NCBI GenBank assembly: GCA_951406725.2
Contig: OX597831.1
Span: forward strand, 69,874,001 to 69,938,000
Reading direction: 5' to 3'
From: Octopus vulgaris
Taxonomy: Eukaryota
DNA length: 64,000 nucleotides
Shown here piece by piece: positions 51,807 to 63,479 of this stretch. The position numbers and the translations under genes were made by a program. The stretch's first letter is position 1; each line of letters begins with the position of its first letter. The notes beneath the pieces were generated by a model that did no database searches, was not told the DNA's origin, and saw only the letters and a program-made list of their open reading frames with translations.

Positions 51807-53122
51807 CACATACACACACATATACACACAATATTTTCATATGCTGAAAATCTTATCAGAAACAGAAATTCAAAAATGTATACTAAAAGAAGCAACAAAA
51901 TCCATAATCAATTTTTATTTGTGTGTTACTTCTCTTGTTACTGCTTCAATAAGGATAAAAATTCTATAATATATTGATGCTTTAAAAATGTTGTAATAGT
52001 TAAAATTGTTAAAATTTTACAATGTTGCCCAAAGCCAGTGAATAAAGATTTATACTAGAAGCAGTATTAAGTGTAACAAGAGATATTCTGAAAGCCTTTT
52101 CTTGCATTTTGCTCCTCCCTCACTTCTAATTTTTCAAATTTATAATGAACATCAATAAACACTAAATTCTTAATTCCTAAAGAAACACACAAAATCCTCT
52201 CCATGTTTTGGGTTTGAATTGACCTATGCAACATGACATAATGTAAGCATGCAGTTTTTGCCAACTGCATCAGGCATAGTGCAACACTACTTCATCTTTT
52301 GCCTCTCTAGATCAGGGGTGGGGGAACTTCTTATATTTAACACTTACATTGAAATTGAGATTAACAAAATTTTATTAAAAATGTAAATACATGGAAAAAT
52401 GTAATTAGATTTGTTGTGAAAATATAGTTTAAGTGACAATAATTTAAAACATAAACAAGATATCAAAATAAGAAATAAAAATATAGAGAAATGAAATTTC
52501 TGCACATTTATTCATGACCTTGAAAAAGTTAACTTTCACAGAAATTCTGCAATAATATAATTGTCCATGAACTATACCAGTAAAATATAAAGGTACTGAA
52601 ACATACTTTCACAGATGATAGGAAAATGGCACAGTGTAGAAAATTAAATTTTAGATTTAAACTTTCACTTTATGCAGATGTTAGGAGGAAAAAATTCCTT
52701 TCATAAACAGAATTCAGGATTTTAAACTTCAACTGAATGTGAACTTTCACCCTCTACTTTACGTCATTATCATTGTTTTAACATCCACTTTTCCATGCTT
52801 CCATCGGTTTAACAGAGTTTATTGAAGCAGATTTTCTACAACTGGATACCCTTCCTGTTGCCAACCCTTACCTGTTTCCAAGCAAGGTAATATTTTCCCA
52901 TGGCCAGACATGTTTTTGCAGCATGCTGAAAATGAATGATATTCATTTACAATGATCAGGCAATGTCAAAGAATAGAGACACAAACATATATATATATAT
53001 ATATATATTTTACATTTTATCTTATATTAAACTTTTTAATACTTTTTGATAGTTATATATATTTAATAAAAAAAAATAAAATAAATAAATAAAAAAATAA
53101 AAAAATAAAAAGTAAAAATTAA

Positions 53123-53167
<45 letters not shown>

Positions 53168-53339
53168 TTATTAATATAAATTAATAATTTTTAATTTTTA
53201 ACTTTACATTTAAATAATTTAAATTTTGAATTTTATGTTTTATATATTTTGTATGTTATATTAATTAATTTTATTTCTATGTTTTGGCTTATGTTTTTCA
53301 CTGTTTGATTTGCATAATAGTGGTTTTATCTCTAATTTA

Positions 53340-53381
<42 letters not shown>

Positions 53382-53871
53382 TTACAAATACATACACACA
53401 CACACAAACACAAACATTATGCATGCATAATGTGAGAGAATACAGATCTTGAACCCAGGCAGGTGCTTTATTAGCACCTTGATATAATACAGATCTGCAA
53501 ATTGCATCAAATTATAGGGAACATTCAGAATTGTTTAAGATAAGCAATTAACCTGTACTTCACTTGTTAGGAAAATCCTGATTCCTCTTCATTGGATTTC
53601 ATACTGCATACAGAATATATACTCAAGTCATCACAGAGAAGAATGGAGAAAACTTACATCCTTGAAGTTATTTATTACAGAATTAGTCTCATTAAATTCC
53701 AATCCAACATTATTTCTGCTGGATTTAGTGTCAACTAAATGCATATAAATGCTACATCAAAGAACACTAGGACACTTATCCAGCAGAAACACATGGCATA
53801 TCGGAATTTAATGAGAATAATACTGTAATAAATTCTGAAGATATAATATTCTCCATTCATCTCCATATGCC

Positions 53872-53929
<58 letters not shown>

Positions 53930-53949
53930 TATATGTATGTATATATACA

Positions 53950-53984
<35 letters not shown>

Positions 53985-54049
53985 GTATGTATATATATAT
54001 GTATGTAGATATATATATATATATGTATGTATGTATATATATATGTATG

Positions 54050-54080
<31 letters not shown>

Positions 54081-54096
54081 ATATAATGCATATATG

Positions 54097-54189
<93 letters not shown>

Positions 54190-54387
54190 GTATATATAAT
54201 AAATATTAGGGAATAAATCCAAATTTACAGGGAAAAATCAGATTTAGGATTGAATCCAATTTTATAGTAAAATATTATATTATATTAAATTAGAGGCAAA
54301 ACCACTATTATGCAAATCAAACAAAGAAAGACTTAAGCCAATACATAAAATAATTTATATAAATTTAGAAATTTAACAATTATAAAT

Positions 54388-54448
54388 AACCACTACGATC
54401 GTTTCATGTCTTATTTCAGCACATCTTTGAGACATTCTTCAGGTGGTT
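54388..54448 (-). ncRNA. Type I hammerhead ribozyme, intact core
   Basis: AACCAC-CTGAAGA-ATGTCT-(18 nt)-AGACAT-GAAA-CGATCG-TA-GTGGTT; palindromic minimal stem III as described for Penelope-associated hammerheads. Confidence 0.9.
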
Positions 54449-54710
54449 TGAAAACCTAAAATATAATCAATATATTTAAGATATAAATAATCTATATAAT
54501 CTAAATAAAAATTTACTTATAATAAACTCTATTATTAAATATGATTATATCGAAATCGACTATAATGTTAAATATTAAAGTTAATATTTAACATTATAGT
54601 CGATTTCGATATAATCATATTTAATAATAGAGTTTATTATAAGTAAATTTTTATTTAGATTATATAGATTATTTATATCTTAAATATATTGATTATATTT
54701 TAGGTTTTGA

Positions 54711-54771
54711 AACCACCTGAAGAATGACTCAAAGATGTGCTGAAATAAGACATGAAACAATCGTAGTGGTT
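54711..54771 (+). ncRNA. Mirror copy of the hammerhead with two substitutions
   Basis: AACCAC-CTGAAGA-ATGACT...AGACAT-GAAA-CAATCG-TA-GTGGTT. Confidence 0.8.
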
Positions 54772-54874
54772 ATTTATAATTGTTAAATTTCTAAATTTAT
54801 ATAAATTATTTTAGGTATTGGCTTAAGTCTTTCTTTGTTTGATTTGCATAATAGTGGTTTTGTCTCTAATTTAA

Positions 54875-54926
<52 letters not shown>

Positions 54927-54929
54927 CCA

Positions 54930-56062
54930 TGTGTTAGATGATTTGACTGAAACTGGTAAGCTGCAGAGCTACACCAAGGTTCCAATCTGATTTGACATGG
55001 GTTCTATGGCTGGATGCCCTGCCTAATGCCAACCACTCCAAGAGTTGTAATGGGTGCTTTCTATATGCCAGTAACATGACACCAGCATCAGCCACAACTG
55101 CCATTTTACTTGGCTTGATGAGTCTTCTTAAGCACAGCATAATGCCAAAGGTCTTGGTCACTTATCATCTTTGTGAGGCCCAATGTTCAAAGGGTACCTT
55201 TTATGTGCCATTGGCTTGGATGCCTATTACATGACAATGGCATCAACCATGACAATGGTTTCACTTGGCTTGATGGGTCTCCTTAAGTACAGCTTATCAC
55301 CAAAGGTCTTGGTCACTTGTCATTGTCTCCATGAGGCCCAATGTTTGCAGATCATGCTCCACCACCTTATCCCATGTCTTCTTGGGTTTACCTCTTCCAC
55401 AGGTTCCCTCCACAATCAAAGATCAGCACTTCTTTACACAGGTGCTCTCGACCATTTGCATCACATGACCATACAAGTGTGGTTGTCTCTCTTGCACACT
55501 GCATCTGATGCCTCTTATGCCCAGACATTTGCTCAAGATGCTAACACTGTCATACATGCACACTCACATTGCACATCCTGCGAAGCATACTAGCTTAATT
55601 TCTTTCAAACCAACATAAGTACTCGGTGGTCACAGCCAATGTTTCACTGCTGTGTAGCATGGTTATTCACATACAAGCATCATACAGTCTGCCTTTCACT
55701 CTGAACGAGAGAGCCTTAGTTACCAACAGAGGTAGAAGTTATCTGAACTTTGCCCAGCCTATTCTTATTCTAGCAGCTATGCCCTTGCAACATCCACCTC
55801 TGCAACTAACTTCGTCACCTAGATAATGGAAACTATCAACTACTTCTAGCTTTCCCTGCTGGCATTTGATGGAGTCTATTTTCTTTATATTTTCAGCGTT
55901 TACTGTACCTGTGCACCTTCCACACAAAAACTATTTTCCCTGTTAACATTCCTCTGATATTGCTGCGCCTCTTATGTATCTATAGCTTACACCAGGTACA
56001 TTTTATGGAGTTTTTACCTATGCCTTTTCTACAGATCAATCAGGATCATCTACCTGAAGGGA
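54930..56062 (-). mobile_element. RTE-clade LINE, 3' part (post-RT region and 3' UTR)
   Basis: LEVVDSFHYLGDEVSCRGGCCKGIAARIRIGWAKFR*LLPLLVTKALSFRVKGRLYDAC, followed by the 3' UTR shared with 21745 and 32763. Confidence 0.9.
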
Positions 56063-56551
56063 TTTGTGTTTTATATATATATATATATATGTACACATTT
56101 CTTTTGCTATGAACATATATATTTATATATATATATGAACATATATATTTATATATGTGTGTGTGTGTGTGTGTGTATGTGTGTGTGTGTGTATGTGTGT
56201 GTGTGTGTGTATGTATATATATATATATATATAAAATCGTTTTGCATGGATGTACACTTTATTTAGAACAGAATGGAGTAAATAGAAAAAGAACACACAT
56301 GAAAATGAAGTGTTGCTGAAGAGATCACAGACGTTTGGTGAAAGATTTCCAGACAATGGACATGTGTTAGAATAATAGAGTAAGAACAATAATAAACAAG
56401 TGAATAAAAAATATATAGTCCATGTGCTTATTTGGCAAAAAATAAATGATCCCAAAATACTATATATATATGTGTGCGTGTATGTGTATATATATATATA
56501 TATATATCTGAAATATATATGAATATAATTATGTATGTATGTATATATATA

Positions 56552-56715
56552 TATTAGAAGAAATGAGATACTCAGAAATTCAGATGGTTTTATATTTACA
56601 GATATTTATTTGTATATTACATGTTTTTATACATCATATAACTTAGATCGTGTGTTAGCGCTTTCTCCCTTTCTAGTGGGGTTTTCAAATCAAACTAAGT
56701 TCCTGTGTGAAAAGT

Positions 56716-56753
<38 letters not shown>

Positions 56754-56887
56754 ACTTTTCACACAGGAACTTAGTTTGATTTGAAAACCCCACTAGAAAG
56801 GGAGAAAGCGCTAACACACGATCTAAGTTATATGATGTATAAAAACATGTAATATACAAATAAATATCTGTAAATATAAAACCATCC

Positions 56888-56892
<5 letters not shown>
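56552..56892. repeat. Near-perfect palindrome (about 140-bp arms) centred on (TA)n
   Basis: 56579-56718 is the reverse complement of 56751-56890 with one mismatch near the outer end. Confidence 0.95.
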
Positions 56893-56942
<50 letters not shown>

Positions 56943-56979
56943 TATATATATATATGAATATATATTTATTTTATAGAAG

Positions 56980-57032
56980 GAGCTTCTACAGGACTAGAAC
57001 TGTTTCATTCAAAAGAAATCATCAGGAAGCTC
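56980..57032 (-). ncRNA. Compact type I hammerhead ribozyme
   Basis: GAGCTTC-CTGATGA-TTTC-TTTT-GAAT-GAAA-CAG-TTCTAGTC-CTG-TA-GAAGCTC; 7-bp stem I, intact core, U-U mismatch closing stem II. Confidence 0.85.
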
Positions 57033-57232
57033 ATATATATATATATATATATGAATATATATATATATGTACCTAGGCATTTATATTAATATGTATGTGT
57101 ATATCTATCTATCCATCTATCCATCTATCTATCTATATATATATAGTTCAAATTTACAGTAAACAAAAGATGAAGACAGGTGTAGGACAACAAGCAGGTG
57201 CATTAAATTAATGTTCAGGAAGAATGGAGAAG

Positions 57233-57270
57233 TCTTTTATGTTTCGAGCCTGCACTCTTTAACAGAAAGA
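57233..57270 (-). ncRNA. Hammerhead-like variant, degenerate
   Basis: TCTTT-CTGTTAAA-GAGT-GCAG-GCTC-GAAA-CA-TA-AAAGA. Confidence 0.4.
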
Positions 57271-57679
57271 TTTAAAAGGTAGAAAATGGAGATAGAAAGA
57301 AAAAAACAAAATGAGAAATAAATGTACATAGTTCAATGGTCGAACATGATGAAATGACTGGAAAAAAGAGTCTGAATGAAAGGGAGATAATAATAATAAT
57401 AATGAGAACGAGGCATAGGCATGACTGTGTGGTAAGAAGTTTGCTTACATATCATATGCTTCCAGGTTTATTCCCACTGTGTGACACCTTGTGAGAGCCT
57501 TTGGTAGATGGAAACTGAAAGAAGCTTTCAGTTCTATATCTAAGAGATGAGGAATTATGTACATTATCTATATGGGCACATGGCATAGTGGTTAAGAGTG
57601 CAGGTTACTAACCAAAAGATTCCAAGTTTGATTCCAAGTATTGACCTGAATAATGATAATAACAATAATAATAATAATG

Positions 57680-57724
<45 letters not shown>

Positions 57725-57772
57725 TCGAAAAATACCTTAGGAATGAGAGCCCAAGTTCGAAATTTCCCCCAA

Positions 57773-57818
57773 GACACCGGATGAAGGCTAGAGGGTATAT
57801 CAGCCAAAACGTTGTGTT
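57773..57818 (+). ncRNA. Degenerate minimal hammerhead in an (AAT)n-associated repeat
   Basis: GACAC-CGGATGA-AGGCT-AGAGGGTATATC-AGCC-AAAA-CG-TT-GTGTT; two core changes. Confidence 0.55.
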
Positions 57819-58009
57819 AACAACAAACAAATATCCGTGAAATGTAAATAATGAAAGAAACCTGTTATGTATATATATATATATATATATGACTGGCCTG
57901 GTGCAGCCTTCGGGCTCCCCAGACCCCAGTTGAACCGTCCAACCCATGCTAGCATGGAAAACGGACGCTAAATGATGATGATGATGATGAGGATATATAT
58001 ATATATATA

Positions 58010-58342
58010 AAGGGTAAAGACCCCCTTCGGTCATGAGTGACCATGGGTTTGCACCTAGAGAGTTACCCTCTGAGGCACAAGTCTGGGCAAGGTTGTTTTT
58101 ATGGAAGACCAGTAGTCGCCCATGCATACCGGCCTCCCCTCTCCACGCCACCAGTGTTATCCAAGGGAAAGACAAAGGTCGATACAGCTTGGCACCTGTG
58201 ACGTCGCAACTCATTTCTACAGCTGAGTGAACTGGAGCAACGTGAAATAAAGTGTCTTGCTCAAGAACACAGCATGCAGCCCGGTCCGGGATTCGAACTT
58301 ACAACCTCACGATCGTAAGCTCGACGCTCTAACCACTGAGCC

Positions 58343-58345
<3 letters not shown>
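58010..58345 (-). mobile_element. tRNA-derived SINE, third family
   Basis: Minus strand ATGGCTCAGTGGTTAGAGCGTCGAGC...GTTCGAATCCC then TTGAGCAAGACACTTTATTTCACGTTGCTCCAGTTCACTCAGCTG. Confidence 0.85.
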
Positions 58346-58413
<68 letters not shown>

Positions 58414-58499
58414 GAAATTATAATTAACGGTATCTAAGAGATACCACTATACTAGAGATAGCAGTCAAAGCTTGACTCTAAAACCACATCATGTTGTCA

Positions 58500-58950
58500 T
58501 GCAGTGATGGTGGAGACACACAGACACATAAACACACACACACACATAAACACGCACACACACATAGACACATACACGCATGCATGAACAAACACATACA
58601 CACATATACTGTGGTAGGCCTCTTTCAGTTTCCATCTACTAGATGCACTCACAAAGCTTTGATCAGAATGAGGCTATAGTAGAAGACACTATATGGCAAC
58701 TTCTACAAGTTACCATATAGTGAGACTGTACCAGGAACCATGTGGTTGGGAAGCAAGCTTTTAACCGCACAGCCATACCCGTACACACAAACACACACAC
58801 ATGGTTCTGTTAGTTTCCATCCACCATATTCATTTCCAAGGCTTGGGTTGTTCTAAGTCTACAGTAGGAGAAACTTGCCCAAGATGCTATGTAGTGGAAA
58901 TGAACCAGAAAGCATGTGATTAGGAAGTAAACTTTTTAACCACACCCATA
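58500..58950 (-). mobile_element. Two degraded 5' halves of the second SINE family
   Basis: TTTCAGTTTCCATC...GGAACCATGTGGTTGGGAAGC pattern twice. Confidence 0.65.
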
Positions 58951-60034
58951 TCATTGCCTAAATAAAGCAATAATGCAATTCCTATCATCTCCTCTTCAAA
59001 ACACTGTGGTGAAAGAATATAATAAATTAATCAAAGAAAAGGAAAATGATGCAATGTGATTGACATCTTTTGCTTTTCTCATTTAATTTCTTGTAAACTA
59101 AAAATGCTATATCAGGTTTAATATTTTACAGTATTTATTTTCATTCCATAATTTTCTGTGATCAAATGTTGCTGGAATCAACTTTATCTTACATCATCAA
59201 TTCAATCAATTATGTCTCCGTTCTTATAAATATGTGACATTGCATTAATTCTAGGAAGCAATATTAGCTGATAATTTCAGTCAATATCAGCAATCCCATA
59301 GCTTCTACTCCTCATTATCATCATGGTTTATCAGGTATTTATCCTCATTGGCAATAATTTGACAGGTTTTTCTAACAAACTTTCTTATTCTGTTCCTATA
59401 TTTCAAAGCAACTCAGTGCAAGCAGATCAAATCACATGTTCTTAGCTACCGTCATTTATCAGACACAAGTGCAGAGTCTGCAAGCTGTTGCATTTTTGGA
59501 AAGGATTAACTTAGTCTCAAAAATAAAGAATTAGATTTGCATGATGCAATATCTGCTAGTAAGATCTTGCATGAACATACAAAACAATAAATTGCTAATT
59601 CCTAAAAACCTAAGAAATGCAATAGCGTTGAGTTATTGCAATGCTAAAAATACCATTTTATTTCAACTGTTTCTTCGGCATTCTTTCTGCATATTTTATC
59701 AAAGTATCTTCAGTTTTCTATTCACAAAAGATATCATGTATTTGTATGATCAGTTGCTTAGTAACTATAATCTTATTTGATGTACTACTATCAAAAATGC
59801 ACTTAAAAAAAATACAATTTATGTGTTGTCACACCTAAGAAATGTTTCATTACAGGTGAAATGCTTGTAGTTATGATTATGGTGTTGGTATTAGCATCAA
59901 CAAGGAAGCTACCTCCATTGCTTCCAAAAAAAAAAACAAACTGGAAATAGCATCCAAATTTCCTCCAAATTACGCTATACTAGTTTTAAAAAATGTAAGA
60001 ACATATTGGTTAATGTAGTTCTTGTAGTTAATGT

Positions 60035-60265
60035 AGGCGGCGAGCTGGCAGAATCGTTAGCACACCAGGCGAAATGCTTATCGGTATTTCGTCTGCCACT
60101 ACGTTCTGAGTTCAAATTCCACCGAGGTCGACTTTGCCTTTCATCCTTTCAGGGTCGATTAAATAAGTACCAGTTACGTACTGGGGTTGATATAATCGAC
60201 TTAATCTGTTTGTCTGTCATTGTTTGTCCTCTCTGTGTTTAGCCCCTTGTGAGTAGTAAAGAAAA
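60035..60265 (+). mobile_element. SINE monomer (array family)
   Basis: GGCGGCGAGCTGGCAG head and one unit. Confidence 0.9.
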
Positions 60266-60611
60266 AGATATATTCCCTTTCTAACACAGTGGTTATAAAG
60301 AGAATGTCTTTGGTCATTGGTCTGATTAACCGACATTAGCAGTAAAATGGCATCATTTGAGAGAATCAGAATAAAAGACAAACCCTTCCATATGACCTAC
60401 AAAATCTTTTCAAAAACTGATCTATAGAGTTAAGATTAATGTTTTGGAAGAAAATACAAGCCTTCCAGCAGACAAAAACTAATGACAATTAGCCAACAAG
60501 GAAGCCTACATGGATCCCTCAATCTTTTAGAAATAGCAGCTACATTTCACTTATATTTCACTCACTTGCTTTGGCAAAGAGGATACATTGAGAAGTATGG
60601 TTTTAGATACT

Positions 60612-60833
60612 CTTTTTTTTACTCTTTTTTACTTGTTTCAGTCATTTGACTGCGGCCATGCTGGAGCACCGCCTTTAATCGAGCAACTCGACCCTGGGTC
60701 TTATTCTTTTGTAAGCCCAGTACTTATTCTATCGGTCTCATTGCCGAACCGCTAAGTAACGGGGACATAAACACACCAGCATCGGTTGTCAAGCAATGCT
60801 AGGGGGACAAACACAGACACACATACATACACG

Positions 60834-60890
<57 letters not shown>

Positions 60891-61050
60891 GACAGGCTTC
60901 TTTCAGTTTCCGTCTACCAAATCCACTCACAAGGCTTTGGTCGGCCCGAGACTATAGTAGAAGACACTTGCCCAAGGTGCCACGCAGTGGGACTGAACCT
61001 GGAACCATGTGGTTGGTAAACAAGCTACTTACCACACAGCCATTCCTGCA
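60612..61050 (-). mobile_element. Full-length second-family SINE
   Basis: Near-identical to 16822-17220. Confidence 0.9.
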
Positions 61051-61662
61051 CGAGTATGAAATAAAATACATAAAATATACCAAACGCACAGCCTTTAACT
61101 GCCCAATTCATGAAGCTGTATCATGGGCTGTAAGAAGCAGGAGCAATGAAATTCTTATGATTGTTTTTTTAGCTCACTGTAATATGTACAGATTTTCCTG
61201 TAAGTTTAGATGCTACTGTAGAAGCATTATGCGGTCTTACATTTAATTCTATCAGCATTGCTTCAGAGCGAATAGTGTTTCACAAAATTTAATTAAGCTA
61301 TTTTTAATTAATCATTTGTGTAAAATTTTAAAAAAATCATTAGTTTATAAACTGAGAATTCATTTTTAATTCTCTGTCACGTCTTTTTCAAGTTGATTGA
61401 AAAATGACACACTTCTGATGAATATACCACAAAAAATTTTCATTCCATTTCTAATTAACAATTGCCTTCTGAACAATAGGGCAGCAGTGGAGAAGAAAGA
61501 GTGGAGCATCAAACAAAATACCAACAGTTTCATCTAAGAAGCTTACATCTTCCTTTTGTCCTACCAAGAATGATAAAATAATATGTACTAAGCATAATCT
61601 GGGACCAATTCAGTTGGCTGGACCCAACCCTTATAGATTTATTGAAATGGTCAGTATCAGGA

Positions 61663-61709
<47 letters not shown>

Positions 61710-61715
<6 letters not shown>

Positions 61716-61928
61716 TGTGTGTGTCTGTGTTTGTCCCCCTAGCATTGCTTGACAACCGATGCTGGTGTGTTTATGTCCCCATCACTTAGCGGTTCGGCAA
61801 AGGAGACCCATAGAATAAGTACTGGGCTTACAAAAGAATAAGTCTCGGGGTTGAGTTGCTCGATTAAAGGCGGTGCTCCAGCATGGCCGCAGTCAAATGA
61901 CTGAAACAAGTAAAAGAAAGAAAAGAAA
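61710..61928 (+). mobile_element. 3' half of the second SINE family
   Basis: Direct match to the family tail. Confidence 0.9.
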
Positions 61929-62332
61929 GAATATATATATATATATATACTTTATCAAAAAGCAGTCAAAATATCCCAAAGACTGTTACTCAGAGTTTCA
62001 CATTCCTGTTTGCTGGACAGTTTCCTTTAGAAAGGAGCTAGATAAAGTTATATGCAAAAATACAATTATTTTCATAGATACAAATTTGAAAATGGTTTTG
62101 TTTCATTGGTCCTTTCATTGGTCTTTTCAATAACCGGTTGCATGAAATAAGAAATTGCAGTTTAAAGTCATATTATAAAAATCGAAGAAAAGCTTAAATC
62201 AAAAATAGCTTATGAAGAAGGAAAATGGCCCGAATACCCAGGGTAAATAATTAGCTGTAAAAATAATAATAAATTAGAAATATTAAATTTCTAAATCTCT
62301 CATAGAGATATGTATGGTGGTGGGGTGATAGT

Positions 62333-62600
62333 ATGGTTGTATACTGTCAATCTAACATGAACGTGACAGTAGGGGGTTACACCACTGCTGTTTAGCCCTA
62401 GGAAGCATCGACGCTTCCTGATGGCTTTGACACATTTTTCCTGTGTCCTTATATACATTTACGAAGGGGAGACAATGTATATATGGACACAGGAAAAATG
62501 TGTCAAAGCCATCAGGAAGCGTTGATGCTTCCTAGGGCTAAACAGCAGTGGTGTAACCCCCTACTGTCACGTTCATGTTAGATTGACAGTATACAACCAT
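62333..62600. repeat. Fold-back inverted repeat, 127-bp arms, about 14-nt loop
   Basis: ATGGTTGTATACTGTCAATC...CTGTGTCC.TATATACATT versus its reverse complement at 62474-62600; two mismatches seen. Confidence 0.95.
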
Positions 62601-63330
62601 TCTAATTATAAATTAATAAATTAAAAGATATATCCATTTAAAAATTTTCTCGTTACATTACATATATATTTAGCAATACATACACATACCAAACAATCTG
62701 TAATATACATATATATACACTAAACATACAGACACAGATACAGGGCTATATATATATATACAGACATATACAGGCAAAGCATAAAAACATACAAATGCAT
62801 ATATATGTATGCATGCACACTCACACAAGACCTCCTCGTGTATGCTTATACAAGTTAGTAGTTATAGCCGAAAGAAAGAAGAGGAAAAAATCAGAGAATA
62901 ACAAGTAGGGAGTGGACAGAAATAATGGAAAAAGAAGAAAAAGAAATAAAAAAAAGAAACAGAAAATAAGAGAGAGAATGGGAAAAATAGAGTTAGAGTG
63001 AAATGATTTGCATTCCAATAAGTATCTAACAAAAGTTAGATACTTTATTCAGCTTGCAAAACCTACACATGAAAATGCACACACATATTCATGCATACAA
63101 ATATACAAATATATATGTACGCAAATACATACCCATATATATATATATATATATATGCAAAAACATGCCCATATATATATATAGATATATAATAATAAAT
63201 ATTAGGGAATAAATCCAAATTTACAGGGAAAAAATCAGATTTAGGATTAAATCCAATTTTATAGTAAAATATTATATAATATTATATAATATTATATAAT
63301 ATAATATTATATATACACAAATACATGCCC

Positions 63331-63361
<31 letters not shown>

Positions 63362-63387
63362 TATATGTACATACACATATGCATACA

Positions 63388-63430
<43 letters not shown>

Positions 63431-63479
63431 ATATACATGTACATATACATACATACACATGAATATATAGAGTCATATC

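Larger units (their letters stand above)
54196..54880. mobile_element. (TA)n-inserted element forming a palindrome of about 297-bp arms, with a hammerhead in each arm
   Basis: Arms about 54282-54578 and 54581-54877, 2-nt AG spacer, a handful of mismatches; partial family copies at 53260-53342 and 63190-63285. Confidence 0.9.

Noticed and set aside
52314-52330. hAT TIR start CAGGGGTGGGGGAAC
   Set aside because: No matching second TIR or TSD found.
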